Positions 25,411 through 37,735 of a DNA stretch of 64,000 nucleotides are shown here, piece after piece. Source of the stretch: Spirochaetia bacterium. GTDB taxonomy: Bacteria; Spirochaetota; Spirochaetia; SZUA-6; Bin103. Numbering within the stretch: the stretch's first letter is position 1; every line of letters starts with the position of its first letter. The position numbers and the translations under genes were made by a program. Below the pieces are notes generated by a model that worked only from the letters and a program-made list of their open reading frames with translations, made no database searches and was not told where the DNA came from. The stretch lies in NCBI GenBank assembly GCA_965198005.1, contig CBDAOI010000004.1, positions 1,056,001 through 1,120,000 of the forward strand, given 5' to 3'.

Positions 25411-28400
25411 ATGGCACAGCTTACCGACAGACAGGATCGCCGCCCGTCCGGTCCGTACCGGCGCGCCGCCCGCGCCGCCCGCCTGGGCGTCGTGCTGCTG
25501 GCACTGGCCGCCCTGGCGGCGGCGCCGGCCGCCGCCGAGGACAAGAAGCACGCCGTGATCGACGTGCTGGAGCTCTACTCGCCGGTGTTCCTGGCCGGCG
25601 GGCCGCACGTCACCTCGTACGCGCTGCCGGGCGCGCACGTGCTCAATCCCGCGCTGCCCGCCGCCTTCGAGCGGGCGCAACTCGACCTGAGCTACCTCGC
25701 CCTGGTGAAGTTCGCCGGGAACCTCGACCTGCTGGGAAACGTGATCAACGGCGGCGTCACGCTGCCGACCGACTTCGGCACCTGGAGCGTCAGCGCCCGC
25801 TACGTGGGGGTCGGCGACGACAACTCGGAGGTGTCGGACAACGAGAAGCTGTTCGGCCAGGAGCGGTGGGGGGCGCTCAACGTGTCGTTCTCCAAGGAGC
25901 TGCTGCCCGACGTCTACCTGGGCGCCGGCATCGGCGGCCAGTACGGCCAGCACGACAACAGTTCTCCGGCCTGGGGGTTCGGCCTCGACCTCGGGCTGTT
26001 CCACCAGCTCGGCGACCTGGGTCCGCTGCACGACGTGAGCTGGGGCGCGGCGCTGCGCGGCATCGGCCTCGGCTTCGGCCCGGTCAGCAAGGACGACCCT
26101 GACACGCCGGAGGGTCAGACTACTACGAATCGGCCACTCTGCGCCCCGCCCCCTTCACGCCCGCGCTGGGGTTTGCCTTCGTGCCGGTGCGCACCGACGA
26201 CGCCGAGCTCCGCGCCCGCTTCGACGTGTGGGCGCCGACGGTCGAGACGATCCGCATCTCGGCCGGCCTGGAGCTGGCGATCCGGGAGTTCCTGGTGGTC
26301 CGCGCGCAGCTTCCGCTGGCGTTCGGGAACGTCGCCAAAGATCGGTTTCCGGCGGGATTCGGCCTGAGCTTCAGCTTCGAGTTCGAGTTGCCGCCGGACA
26401 GCCAGGTGCTCGGGCTCGGCGAGCAGGGCTGGGGCGCCGGCGAGGTCGGCGTGCACACCGCGATGGCGCCCCTGACCGAGGGCGTCTGGGGTCTGGGCGT
26501 CGGCGCCGCGGTGACGCTCGGCGTGCTGGACACCACTCCGCCCGTGATCGCCGTCGACAGCGCCGAGGTCGAGTACGTGTCGCCCGACCTGGACGGCGTG
26601 CAGGACGACCTGGTCCTGCCGATCGAGATCACCGACGAGGGCTACGTGGCGGGCTACCGCCTGGCGCTCGAGGATCCCGACGGCGGCGTGGTGCGCGAAC
26701 TCGGCAGCCACGACCGGCAGGAGGAGGCGGCGGGCGGCCTGCGGCGCGCGCTGGACCGGTTGCTGGAATCGCGCACCGCGATCGAGGTGCCCGCGACCCT
26801 GCGCTGGGACGGGCGCTCGGCCGACGGCCGGGTGGTGCCGGACGGTACCTACTACTACTACGTCGAAGCGTGGGACGACCGTGCCAACTACGGCGTCAGC
26901 CCGCGCCGCGCCGTGGTGATCGACAACACGCCGCCGGCGGTGGAGGCGCGCGCGCCCTATCTGGTGTTCTCGCCCAACGGCGACGGCAACAAGGACGCCC
27001 TGCTGGTCGAGCAGCGCCTCTCGCAGGACACGTGGCAGGCCGAGCTGCTGTCCGCCTCGGGGGACGCCGTGGCACGCTTCACGTGGGACGCCGAGCCGCC
27101 CACCGAGTTCGTCTGGGACGGCCGCACCGACCGCGGCACGCTGGCGGCCGACGGCGTGTACAGCTACCGCCTGGTGGGCCGCGACCTCGCCGGCAACTCC
27201 ACCGAGTGGGAAATCAAGAACATCATCATCAACACCGAGTCGACTCCGATCTGGGTCGGCGTGAGCGACAACCTGATCTCGCCGAACGGCGACGGCGTCG
27301 AGGACATCGTGATCTACGAGCTCAAGGCGCCGGTGGTCACCAACGTCGAGAGCTGGACGCTGACCATCTACGACCGGGACGGGGCGGTCTCCCGGAGCTA
27401 CGCCGGGCATACCACCGTGCCGCGCGAGCTCACCTTCGATGGCCGGAGCGACGCCGGCAACGTCGTGCCCGAGGGCAGCTACACCGCGGGCCTGCAGATC
27501 ATTTACGAGAACGGCAACCAGCCCGAGGCGGAGGCCCCCGAGATCACGATCGACCTGACCGCACCGACGGCCACGATCAAGGCCAGCCTGACCGTGTTCT
27601 CGCCGGACGGCGACGGCAACAAGGAAACCGTCACGGTGTTCCACGAGACTTCGGACGAGGCTCTATGGACCGGCGCCGTGACCACGCCGGACGGGCGTGA
27701 AGTCCGTACCGAGAGCTGGCACGGACTGGCGCCTGCCAACTTCGTCTGGGACGGTCGCGGCGACGACGGGCTGCCGGCGGCGGACGGCACCTACGACTAC
27801 ACGCTCACGGCGCGCGACGGCGCCGGCAACACCGGGGTCTCGAACACCATCGTGGTGGAGCTCGATACGGGGGATACTCCGGTCTCGCTCGCCACCGACG
27901 CAGCATACTTCTCGCCCAATGCCGATGGCGTCGCGGAGTTGATGACGATGCTGCCGCGGCTGGCCGACACCGAGGGCATCGATCGGTACACGATCACGGT
28001 GTATACCGGCAGCGGACACCCGCGCCCGGAGCAGGCCGTGCGCACCTTCACCGGCCGCACCACGCTGCCCGAGCAGGTCGTGTGGGACGGCCTGGACGCG
28101 GATGGGAATCGGGTGGAGGACGGCCCCTACTTCGCGGAACTGGAGGTGTTGTACGCCAAGGGCAACAATCCCATGACGCGGTCGAGCACCTTCTTCATCG
28201 ATACCGAGTATCCGCAGGCCGAGCTGACCTTTGAGCACCTGATGTTCTCGCCCGACGGCGACGGCCGCCGCGATACCCTTCCCGTCACGCAATCGTCGAG
28301 CGACGAAGAGCTGTGGGAGGGCGCGATCGCGGCCGCGGACGGGACCGTGGTGCGCAGCTACTTCTGGCGCGGCAGGTTGGCCGACTTCGCCTGGGACGGT

Positions 28401-29579
28401 CGCGATGACCTCGGCAATCTGGTAGCTGACGGCACCTACGGCTATACCGTCACGGGCACCGATCCGGCGGGCAACACCGCCACGGCGCGGCAGGACGAGA
28501 TCGAGGTCGACGGACGCGCCACGTCGCTGTTCGTCACCCTCGAGACCGACGGTTTCTCGCCCAACGGCGACCGCATCCGCGACCACCAGGTACTCGGCGT
28601 GGTGCTGGGCGTGACCGAGGGCGTGAGCTCGTGGCAGGTACAGTTCGTGCACGAGCAGGCGGGACTGCAGCGGACCCTGCACGGCGCCGGCACGGTACCC
28701 GAGCGGCTGAGCTGGGACGGCCGGACCGAAAACGACACGGTGGCGCCGGATGGGCGCTACTACGCCGAGGTGGCGCTCGAATACTTCAAGGGCAACCAGC
28801 CGCGCGAACGCACCGGGACCTTCTTCCTGGATACGGTCGCGCCGAAGATCACTCTCAATCTGGGACCGAAGCCGTTCTCACCCGACAACGACGGCGTCGA
28901 CGACCAGTTGACCATGGAGATCGCGGTCGACGACCTCAGTCCGATTGCAGGCTGGACCATTACCATCATCGATCCGGTGGGTGAGACGTTCAACACCTTC
29001 GCCGGCCGGGGCGAGCCGAGCAGGACCATCACCTGGGATGGCCTGTCCGCCAGCGGCGAGCTGGTCGAGGCGGCGTACGACTACGCGGTGGCGCTGGCGG
29101 TCAGCGACGCCGTCGGCAACGCGGCAACGGTGGACGCCCTGATCCCGGTGGACGTGCTGGTGTTCCGCGACGGCGACAAGTTGCGCATCCGCATCGGGAG
29201 CATCAACTTTCCGCCGAACTCGGCCGACCTGTCGCGCATGACCGGAGACCAGGCGGCGAGGAACGGCCGCACCCTCGCGCGGCTCGGCCAGATCTTCGCG
29301 AAGTACGGTGAATACACGATATTGATAGAGGGGCACGCGAACAGCGTGTACTACGCCAACCCGACGGCCGCCGAGCGCGAGCATCGTGAGGAGCTGATCC
29401 CGCTCTCCACGGCCCGCGCGGAGGCGGTCAGACAGGCGTTGATGGGTCTGGGGGTGGATGGAAGCCGGATCAGCACCGCCGGGCTTGGTGGCTCGAACCC
29501 GGTGGTGCCGTTCTCCGACACCAGGAACGTATGGAAGAACCGACGCGTGGAGTTCATCCTGACCGGCCGCGGCAGTTGA
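25411..29579 (+). CDS. Large envelope protein: signal peptide, putative beta-barrel-like N-domain, 8 FlgD-Ig-like repeats and OmpA-like C-domain; split by a -1 frameshift near 26150
   Basis: The 25411 frame and the 26181..29579 ORF join as ...APPP|FTPALG if one base is added; 8x SP(N/D)xDG/R and 8x (W/F)DG motifs; IEGHAN...LSTARAEAV...NRRVEF. Confidence 0.8.
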
Positions 29580-30616
29580 CCGCCCGGGCGGTCACGTTGG
29601 TGGCAACCGCGGTCCTGCTCGGGGCGGCGGGTGCGGCGGCCGGCTACTATCTGAACCGCTCGCCGGCGGCCGCCGCCGGCGAGGCGCACCGCTTCACGGT
29701 AACCGCCGGCGAAACGCTGGGCACGGTGGCGGACCGCCTGCACCGCGCGCGGCTGATTCGCTCGCCGCTCCTGTTGCGCGCGGTGGCCAAGGCACGCGGC
29801 ACGGAGAGCGCCGTCAAGCCGGGGGACTTCCGGATCCCGGCGGACGCTACCACCATGGAGATTCACGAGCTGCTGGTGGGCGCGGCCACCCATCTGTTGC
29901 GGTTGACGGTTCCCGAGGGCTGGACCCTCAGCCGGATCGGCGCCCACCTGGAGCAGAGCGGGGTGACCGGCGCCGACGAGTTCGCCGCCGCGGCCCGGTC
30001 GGAGGAGTTGCTGCGCGAGTACGGAATCGAGGCGCCGAGTGCCGAGGGATACCTGTTTCCGGACACCTACCTGTTTCCGCCGGGCTATGCCGCGGAGCAG
30101 GTGGCGCGCCACATGATCGACACCTTCTTCGTCCGGCTGGAGGAAATCTACCCGGCGCACGGGGCGCTGGACCCCGGCGAGCTGCACCGGAAGGTAATCA
30201 TGGCGTCGATGGTGGAACGCGAGTACCGCGTGCCGGACGAGGCTCCGGTCATCGCCTCGGTGTTCTACAATCGCCTCGGGGCCAACTTTCGGCTGCAGTC
30301 GTGCGCGACCATCGTGTACGTCATCACCGAGCTCCAGGGCAGGGAGCATCCGTCCCGCATCCTGCACGCCGACCTCGAGATCGAATCCGGGTTCAACACC
30401 TACCGTACGCGCGGATTGCCGCCGGGACCGATCGCCAACCCCGGCATCACGGCCCTGCGGGCGGCTCTCTTCCCCGCCGACACCGAATACTGGTACTTCG
30501 TGGTGAAGGATCCGGCCACCGGCGCCCACCACTTTTCGTACGATCCGGATGAGCACTCCGAGGCCAAGTTCCTCTATCTGAAAGGGGCGGGCGCCGCGGC
30601 GGCGACCCATTCCTGA
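29576..30616 (+). CDS. mltG: Endolytic transglycosylase MltG
   Basis: TVPEG, EGYLFPDTY, ASMVERE, VFYNRL, NTY...GLPPGPIANPG. Confidence 0.94.
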   Translation: MTARAVTLVATAVLLGAAGAAAGYYLNRSPAAAAGEAHRFTVTAGETLGTVADRLHRARLIRSPLLLRAVAKARGTESAVKPGDFRIPADATTMEIHELLVGAATHLLRLTVPEGWTLSRIGAHLEQSGVTGADEFAAAARSEELLREYGIEAPSAEGYLFPDTYLFPPGYAAEQVARHMIDTFFVRLEEIYPAHGALDPGELHRKVIMASMVEREYRVPDEAPVIASVFYNRLGANFRLQSCATIVYVITELQGREHPSRILHADLEIESGFNTYRTRGLPPGPIANPGITALRAALFPADTEYWYFVVKDPATGAHHFSYDPDEHSEAKFLYLKGAGAAAATHS

Positions 30617-30621
30617 GTCCG

Positions 30622-32448
30622 ATGCGCATTCCCGAGGCACAGATCGCACAGGTCACCGCCCGTCTCGACCTCGTCGAAGTGGTGGGCGAGTACGTCTCGC
30701 TGCGCGCGCGGGGCAGCCGGTTCTGGGGGTTGTGTCCGTTCCACCAGGAGAAGACCGCGTCGTTCACGGTGTCTCCGGAGCGCTCCGCCTACTACTGTTT
30801 CGGCTGCAGCAAGGGCGGGGGACTGATCCAGTTCGTGATGGAGATCGAGCAGCTTGCGTTCCCCGAGGCGGTGCGGCTGCTGGCGGAACGGGCCGGCGTG
30901 CAGATCGAGGCGGAGCCGGCCGGCGCCGACGGCGGCCCGTCGCGGCGGGCCTACGTGGAGCTGAACAATCGCATTGCCGAGACCTTCCACCACCTGTTGC
31001 GCACCAGCGCCGAGGCGGCTGGCGCCCGGGCCTATCTGGCGCAGCGCGGCATCGATGCGGCTGCGGTCGAGTCGTTCAAGCTTGGTTGGGCGCCCCGGGA
31101 GCACGGGTGGTTGCTGAGGTTCTTGCGCAGCAAGCACTACACGGACCGGTTTCTGGCCCAGTCCGGGCTGTTCGTAACGCGCGACCGGGAGTTGCGCGCG
31201 CTGTTCTGGGGACGGCTGATGTTTCCGCTCGTGAACGCACGCGGTGAGGTGATCGCGTTCGGCGGCCGGACCCTCGGTGACGATGGACCGAAGTACGTGA
31301 ACTCCGCCGAGACCCCGTTCTTCCGCAAGCACGAGCAGTTGTTCGGATTGAACCATGCGCTGCCGCTGCTGCGCGGGCAGCGGGAGACGGAGCCGGTGGT
31401 AACGGCCGCGGTCGTGGTGGAGGGCTACACCGACGTGATCGCCCTGACCGGGATCGCGGTGCCGGCGGTGGCGACGCTGGGAACGGCGTTCGGGGCCGTC
31501 CACGCGCGGCTGCTGAAGCGTTACCAGCTTGCCGCCGTTGTAATGTTCGACGCCGACCAGGCGGGCCGGCGGGCGGCGCTGGGCGCGCTGCGCGAGCTGG
31601 CCAGGCACGACGTCACCGCCGCGGTGGCGCCGCTGCCGGCGGGCAGCGATCCGGCCGACCTGGTAGCCGCCGGTGAGAGGAACGAGTTGCACGGCAGAAT
31701 CAGATCGCCCATAACGGCCTCTCGGTACACGATCCAGGCCGCGTGCGCGGGCAAGGACCTGGGCACGGCCGAGGGCAAGGAGCGCGCCTTCCGCGAGCTC
31801 TATCCGTACCTGCGGGAATTCGACTCGGTCATCACCCGAGAGGCGTTGCTGCAGGAGGTGGCACTGCACCTGGGGTTGGACTATGACACGGTGCGTGCCG
31901 AGTACCGGCGCCGCGCAGCCGGCAACACCGGTGACACCGGCCGGGTACCGGGAGCGGCGGCCGGACGTACCCCGCGGGATCAAGCCGCCGCCGGCGCCGG
32001 CGGGGCCGCCGCCGGGCCGGCCGGGGCCGAGCTGCGGTTGCTGCTCGCCGTCGCCGTGAACCGGGAGTTCTTTCCCATGGTGCGAAATCAGCTCACTGCC
32101 GATGAAATAGAGGACTCGCGCGCTCGCGCGCTGTACATTGCATTGGAGGATTGTCATCGCCACGAACAAACCGACACCGACAGTCTGCTGCTGCGCCTGG
32201 AGTCGGCCGAGCTGCAGGCGCTGGTGGCAGAGAAGCTCTCGATTGACGAATTTACGCTCAACGCCGCAACCTACGTCGACGAGGGTGTGCGCCAAGTGAA
32301 GTCGCAGGCGCTGGTGCGGCGGCGTGACCAACTCCTGGAACGGGTCCGCCGGGCCGGGTCCGGCTCGACCGAGGTGTTGGCGGACAAGATGTTCCTGGAT
32401 AGTGAATTGGAGAAACTGCGGGCGCACGGCAGGGGCGTGGAGCAATGA
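30622..32448 (+). CDS. dnaG: DNA primase
   Basis: CPFH.EKT.SF...CFGC Zn finger, KYVNS.ET, TOPRIM EGYTD and FDAD.AG. Confidence 0.96.
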   Translation: MRIPEAQIAQVTARLDLVEVVGEYVSLRARGSRFWGLCPFHQEKTASFTVSPERSAYYCFGCSKGGGLIQFVMEIEQLAFPEAVRLLAERAGVQIEAEPAGADGGPSRRAYVELNNRIAETFHHLLRTSAEAAGARAYLAQRGIDAAAVESFKLGWAPREHGWLLRFLRSKHYTDRFLAQSGLFVTRDRELRALFWGRLMFPLVNARGEVIAFGGRTLGDDGPKYVNSAETPFFRKHEQLFGLNHALPLLRGQRETEPVVTAAVVVEGYTDVIALTGIAVPAVATLGTAFGAVHARLLKRYQLAAVVMFDADQAGRRAALGALRELARHDVTAAVAPLPAGSDPADLVAAGERNELHGRIRSPITASRYTIQAACAGKDLGTAEGKERAFRELYPYLREFDSVITREALLQEVALHLGLDYDTVRAEYRRRAAGNTGDTGRVPGAAAGRTPRDQAAAGAGGAAAGPAGAELRLLLAVAVNREFFPMVRNQLTADEIEDSRARALYIALEDCHRHEQTDTDSLLLRLESAELQALVAEKLSIDEFTLNAATYVDEGVRQVKSQALVRRRDQLLERVRRAGSGSTEVLADKMFLDSELEKLRAHGRGVEQ

Positions 32449-34190
32449 GTGCGGTGAGCGATCTGCAGCAGGATCCGGCGGTAGAGCGGCTGCTGGACCT
32501 CGCCCGGCGCAAGCGGGCGATCACGTACGACGAGGTCACCACCTTGCTGCCGGGCTGGATCATCAACTCCGACCGGGTCGGCGAGGTTACCGCGCTCCTT
32601 GAGCGCAACGGGGTCAAGCTGGAAGACGAAGATGGATCCGACGACCGCGGCAACTCGAGGCGGGTGACTGCGAGGCCCCGTCCCGGTCGCAAGCTGGTCT
32701 ACAGTGAGAAGGAGTCGGCGGTCGACGATCCGATCCGTCTCTATCTGCGCGAGATCGGCCGTGAGAGGCTGCTGACCGCGGAGGATGAGGTGACCCTGTC
32801 GAAGGAGATGGAGACGGGCGAGAACATCATCAAGGAGGTGTTCACCTCGAGCGGCGCCCTCATTCCGGAGTTCTATCGGATCGCCGAGCGTGCGCGCCTG
32901 ACCAGGGATCCGCGCGACCTCAACCTCTCGAAGAAGGAAGCCACGGAGTTCCTGGCCGACCGCCGGCGTCTGAACGCCTGGTACAAGGATACGATTCGCG
33001 AGCTGTACGACGATCTGAAGGGCTACGTCGAGATCAAGCACAAGCTGGCGGCCGAGCACGGCACCGTGCGCGGCAACCCTTCTCTCGCCGAGAGGCGCCG
33101 GCCGATTCTCCAGGCTCTGAAGGGTATCTCCTTTCATCAGGATGAGATAAACGGCGTGTCCGACCTCTTCGCCGGCGCCGCGCGCAAGATCCGCGCGATC
33201 ACCCGTGAGCAGCGCGACGTCGAGCAGCGGCTGCAGGTGGCCAATGCGAAGGAGCTGCGTACGCTCGGTCGCGGCCTGGCCCAGAAGGCGCAGCAGCCCC
33301 GCATCGAGGCCGCGCTGGAGCTGTCCGCCGACGAAATCAAGGATCTGATCCGCACCTTCCAGGGGAACGACCGCAAGCTGGTGGGGTTCGAGAACGACTT
33401 CGAGCAGACCTGCGACGAGATCCTGGCGATGTCCAAGGAGATCGAGCACGGCCGCGTGCGGATGAAGGGCGCCAAGGATCGGCTGATCCAGGCCAACCTG
33501 CGGCTGGTCGTGAGCATCGCCAAGAAGTACACCAACCGCGGGCTGCACTTCTTCGATCTGGTGCAGGAGGGCAATATCGGCCTGATCAAGGCGGTCGAGA
33601 AGTTCGAGTACCGCAAGGGCTACAAGTTTTCGACCTATGCCACCTGGTGGATTCGGCAGGCGATTACGCGCTCCATTTCGGATCAGGCACGCACCATCCG
33701 CGTGCCGGTGCACATGATCGAGCAGATCAACAAGGTGGTGCGCGAGTCGCGCCAGCTCATGCAGATGCTCGGGCGTGAACCCTCCGACGAGGAAGTGGCG
33801 GAGCGCCTCGGCTGGTCGGCGGCGCGTATCAAGTCGGTAAAGGGCGTGGCCCGTGAGCCGATCTCCCTGGAGACCCCCATCGGCGAGGAAGAGGATTCGA
33901 TCCTCGGCGACTTCATCGAGGACAAGGACGTCGAGAACCCCGACGGCAAGACCGCGTTCGCCCTGCTGCAGGATCAGTTGGCGGGCGTGTTGAAGACGCT
34001 GCCCCGGCGGGAGCAGGAGGTGCTGAGGATGCGGTTCGGGCTGGACGACGGCTACTCGCTGACGTTGGAAGAGGTGGGGCTCTACTTCAACGTCACCCGT
34101 GAGCGTATCCGGCAAATCGAAGCCAAGGCGTTGCGGCGTCTGCGGCATCCCAAGCGCAGCCACCGCCTCAAGGATTACCTGGACGAGTAA
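32445..34190 (+). CDS. rpoD: RNA polymerase primary sigma factor
   Basis: [53 protein letters not shown]. Confidence 0.97.
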   Translation: MSAVSDLQQDPAVERLLDLARRKRAITYDEVTTLLPGWIINSDRVGEVTALLERNGVKLEDEDGSDDRGNSRRVTARPRPGRKLVYSEKESAVDDPIRLYLREIGRERLLTAEDEVTLSKEMETGENIIKEVFTSSGALIPEFYRIAERARLTRDPRDLNLSKKEATEFLADRRRLNAWYKDTIRELYDDLKGYVEIKHKLAAEHGTVRGNPSLAERRRPILQALKGISFHQDEINGVSDLFAGAARKIRAITREQRDVEQRLQVANAKELRTLGRGLAQKAQQPRIEAALELSADEIKDLIRTFQGNDRKLVGFENDFEQTCDEILAMSKEIEHGRVRMKGAKDRLIQANLRLVVSIAKKYTNRGLHFFDLVQEGNIGLIKAVEKFEYRKGYKFSTYATWWIRQAITRSISDQARTIRVPVHMIEQINKVVRESRQLMQMLGREPSDEEVAERLGWSAARIKSVKGVAREPISLETPIGEEEDSILGDFIEDKDVENPDGKTAFALLQDQLAGVLKTLPRREQEVLRMRFGLDDGYSLTLEEVGLYFNVTRERIRQIEAKALRRLRHPKRSHRLKDYLDE

Positions 34191-35101
34191 TGGCAAACAA
34201 CACCCACAACCACGCCGCTTCCGGAACCGTGCATCTGGAGGACGTGCTGAAAAAGCTGCGTGCACTGCAGGAGGTGTTGTTCCAGCGCTTCCAGATCGAG
34301 CATGAGATCAGCGAGATACCGCGCGCGCTCTCTACCAAGACCGAAATGCTGAACCGGCTCAAGCAGTCATACGTGGAGAAGAACGACCTGTACGACCAGA
34401 CGCGGGATCGGATCCACGAGCTGCGGGCGCGTGCGATCGAGGCGGAGCGCGAACGTGAGCACTACGAAGGCCAGATGGACGCCATCCGTACCCAGCGCGA
34501 ATACGAGGCGCTCGACAAGGAGATTCGAGACTCCGGCGACCGCGAGGTGGAGACGCGGCGCGAGTTGCAACGGGAGGAGGAGAATCTCGAGGAAATGGCC
34601 GGAACGCTCGAGCATGAGGAGGCCCTGATCAAGCAGCAGGAGCAGGAGGTGGGCGAGGAACAGCAGCGTATCGACAGTGAGATTGCCGAGCGCGAGACCA
34701 CCCTCAAGGAGCTGATCGCCGAGGAATCCAGCATTGTTCCCGGTCTTGACTCCGAGTTGCTGTTCAAGTTCGAGCGCATCATCCGCACCAAGGAGGGACT
34801 GGGCATCGTTCCGCTTCGTGCCGGCGTCTGTACCGGGTGTCAGATGATCATGGCGCCGTATTTCGCCAACCGGGTACGTGCGAGCGAAGAGATCATGTTC
34901 TGCCCGAATTGCAGCCGGATCGTGTTCTACGGCGGCGATGAGGAGTTCCCGGAGGATTCCTTCGCGGATGCCGCGGCCGAGCTCGACGACGAGGATCTGA
35001 TGTTCGACGACGAACCGGTAGATGCGGACGCCGACGAGCCGGTGGAATCCATCGGCGACGGCGAGAGTGTTGACACCGCGGCGCCTGACGACGAAGGTTA
35101 G
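34190..35101 (+). CDS. Coiled-coil C4 zinc-ribbon protein (DUF164/HP0958-like) with acidic tail
   Basis: Coiled coil with REYEAL.KEI, CTGC...CPNC.RI. Confidence 0.88.
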   Translation: MANNTHNHAASGTVHLEDVLKKLRALQEVLFQRFQIEHEISEIPRALSTKTEMLNRLKQSYVEKNDLYDQTRDRIHELRARAIEAEREREHYEGQMDAIRTQREYEALDKEIRDSGDREVETRRELQREEENLEEMAGTLEHEEALIKQQEQEVGEEQQRIDSEIAERETTLKELIAEESSIVPGLDSELLFKFERIIRTKEGLGIVPLRAGVCTGCQMIMAPYFANRVRASEEIMFCPNCSRIVFYGGDEEFPEDSFADAAAELDDEDLMFDDEPVDADADEPVESIGDGESVDTAAPDDEG

Positions 35102-35105
35102 GCGC

Positions 35106-35515
35106 AAGAGGCGGGCCGGCGCATCGCCGCGTACGGCATCTGGTCGCGCGTGGAGGAAAGTCCGGGCTCCGTAGGGCACGGCGCCGGGTAACTCCCGGGC
35201 CGCCGGCCGAGGTCGGCGGACAGCCAGTACCACAGAAAACATACTGCCGGCGGCAGGGGGCCGAGGCGTCCGGCCGCCGGTGAGGGTGAAAAGGTGGAGT
35301 AAGAGCCCACCGCGCCGCTGGTAACAGCGGCGGCAGGGTAAACCTCGCCGGGAGCAAAGCCGAGCAGCAGGTGGACGGCCCGTCCGGGGGCGCCGCCCCG
35401 GCCTGCGGGTAGGCTGCATGAGTCGCCTGGGAACAGGCGGCCCAGATAGATGATGCGCGACGGAGGCGCCGGCCGGCGCCTCCGGTACAGAACCCGGCTT
35501 ACAGGCCCGCCTCTT
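35106..35515 (+). ncRNA. rnpB: RNase P RNA (type A)
   Basis: GAGGAAAGTCCGGGCTC, CCACAGAAA, GGTAAACC...GAGCAA, CAGAACCCGGCTTA; P1 pairing AAGAGGCGGGCC/GGCCCGCCTCTT. Confidence 0.96.
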
Positions 35516-35692
35516 TTCTTTCCCGAAGCCCCGAAGCAGCCCACGGAAGCTCGTGAGCGCCGATCGTCTGTGGTTTATTTGGGGTCGATGGGATACAGTG
35601 GCGACTGTCTGGAGAAGGTGAGCGTGGCGCGCGGTTCGGTCCATTCGGTTCAATCAATGAGGCGGCAAGGTCACTCCGTGACCCGGAAGCCC

Positions 35693-36682
35693 ATGAAAAC
35701 GGCGCATGGGGCAGTGCACGGTGGCCGCCATTTTCGGACCAAGCCCCGGCTGAGGCGGTACCAGTATCGGCGCCGGCGATCGGGCGGCCCCCGATTGCTG
35801 GTGGTTGTGGTCGCTGCCGGCGTGGGGCTGCTCGTGATTCTGGGGGCGGTATTCCGGTGGGACATGCTGGCGGACGAGTGGCTGCGCGCCGCGGAGCCGC
35901 AGCCGTCGTTGTTGGAGCTTGCCAACGCCGGGCGCTACGACGAGGTGCTGAGCCGCAGTACCGCGGTGCTGGCCGAGCGCCCGCTGGACTCCGAGACGCT
36001 CCTGCTGCGCGGCATCGCGCACTTCTACCGGGCGGTGGGAGCGGCCGCCGAGGAGGAGCGGGAACCGCACCTGGACCAGGCAATCATCTCGGTGCGGCGC
36101 GCCCGGCTCGATACCAACCTGCGGGCCCGGCCCGAGGCAGGCTATGTGCTGGGCAAGGCATACTTTCACAAGGGTCCGTTCTACTACGATCAGGCGGTCG
36201 CCTATCTGGCACAGTCGCTCGCGGACGGGTACGAGGCGGCCGACACGCACGAATACCTGGGACTGGCGCACATGCGCTCCGGCGAGCTGGAGACCGGGCT
36301 GCAGCACTTTACGTTGGCGCTGGAGCGGCGCCCGACCGCGCGCCTCTACCTGGCGGTCGGCCAGATCTTCCAGCGGCTTGGCCGCAACGACGAGGCGGTG
36401 GCACACTTTCAGTCGGCCTTGAGCAACGCCGCGGACCTTGACCTGGAGGTGCGCACGCGATTCCTCCTCGGAGGGTTGCTGTTGGAGCGGGCGCGGTTTT
36501 CCGAGGCGCGCGACCAGTACCATGAGATTCTGAAGCTCATCCCGGGCTCGGCGGACGCACTCGTATACCTGGGGGATGCGCACGCCGGGTTGGGCGATGG
36601 TGCACAGGCGCGCGCCGCATGGCGCCGGGCGCGCACTACCGATCCGCTCCATCACGGCGCCAACCTGCGGTTGCGGGCATAG
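35693..36682 (+). CDS. Membrane-anchored TPR protein
   Basis: One TM segment followed by TPR repeats (LGKAYF, YLGLA, YLGDA); start uncertain. Confidence 0.8.
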   Translation: MKTAHGAVHGGRHFRTKPRLRRYQYRRRRSGGPRLLVVVVAAGVGLLVILGAVFRWDMLADEWLRAAEPQPSLLELANAGRYDEVLSRSTAVLAERPLDSETLLLRGIAHFYRAVGAAAEEEREPHLDQAIISVRRARLDTNLRARPEAGYVLGKAYFHKGPFYYDQAVAYLAQSLADGYEAADTHEYLGLAHMRSGELETGLQHFTLALERRPTARLYLAVGQIFQRLGRNDEAVAHFQSALSNAADLDLEVRTRFLLGGLLLERARFSEARDQYHEILKLIPGSADALVYLGDAHAGLGDGAQARAAWRRARTTDPLHHGANLRLRA

Positions 36683-36692
36683 GAGACTGAAC

Positions 36693-37718
36693 GTGGGCAT
36701 ATTCAGCCACTTCGCCATGGACATCGGGATCGACCTTGGGACGTGCAACACGCTGGTGCACGTGAAGGGCAAGGGGATCGTGCTCTCGGAACCGTCGGTG
36801 GTGGCAGTAGAGAAGAGCACCAAGAACGTCGTCGCGGTCGGCACGGAAGCCAAGCGGATGATGTGGAAGACCCCGGATGACATCGTGGCGATCCGGCCGC
36901 TGCAGGATGGCGTGATCGCGGACTACGACCACACGGAAAAGATGATCCGCTACTTCATCAACGACGTGACGCAGCGTCGTTGGCTGGTGAAACCGCGCAT
37001 GGTAATCGGCATTCCGACCAGCATTACCGAGGTCGAGCGGCGGGCCGTGCGCGAGAGTGCCGAGCAGGCCGGCGCCCGCGAGGTATATCTGATCGAGGAG
37101 TCGATGGCTGCCGCTATCGGCGCCAACATACCGTTCCTCGAACCCGCCGGCCACATGGTATGCGACATTGGCGGCGGCACCACCGAAGTCTCGGTAATCT
37201 CTCTCGGCGGCATGGTCGTGTCCAGCGCGATTCGGATCGGCGGCGACGAGTTCGACGAGGCGATCATCAAGCACGTCCGCACGGTGCACAACCTGATCAT
37301 CGGCAACGAGACCGCCGAACGGGTCAAGATCACGATCGGTAATGCGGCTCCCGACAAGAAGATCGAGAAGATGGAGGTCATGGGACGCGACGCCATTACC
37401 GGGTTGCCGCGGCGGTTGGAAGTGGACTCGGTGGAGATACGCGAGTCACTGGCCGAAACCACCAACTCGGTGGTTGAAGAGATCAAGCGCAACCTGGGGA
37501 AGACGCCGCCGGAACTGGCGGCGGACATCATCGAGACCGGGATCACCATGACCGGCGGCGGATCGCTGCTGAAAGGACTGCCGGCGTTGATTCAGCGCGA
37601 AACCGGCGTCCCGGTGGTCGTGGCCGAGAATCCGTTGCTGTGCGTGGCGCTGGGGGCGGGCCGCTTTCTCGACAGTATGCGCGACCGTGATCGCAAGTAC
37701 TTCAACTACCGCAACTGA
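36693..37718 (+). CDS. mreB: Rod shape-determining protein MreB
   Basis: IGIDLGT, EPSVVA, DIGGGTT, TGGGSLL; AGGAG RBS before GTG. Confidence 0.97.
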   Translation: MGIFSHFAMDIGIDLGTCNTLVHVKGKGIVLSEPSVVAVEKSTKNVVAVGTEAKRMMWKTPDDIVAIRPLQDGVIADYDHTEKMIRYFINDVTQRRWLVKPRMVIGIPTSITEVERRAVRESAEQAGAREVYLIEESMAAAIGANIPFLEPAGHMVCDIGGGTTEVSVISLGGMVVSSAIRIGGDEFDEAIIKHVRTVHNLIIGNETAERVKITIGNAAPDKKIEKMEVMGRDAITGLPRRLEVDSVEIRESLAETTNSVVEEIKRNLGKTPPELAADIIETGITMTGGGSLLKGLPALIQRETGVPVVVAENPLLCVALGAGRFLDSMRDRDRKYFNYRN

Positions 37719-37735
37719 CTCCGCGCCGGTGGGCG

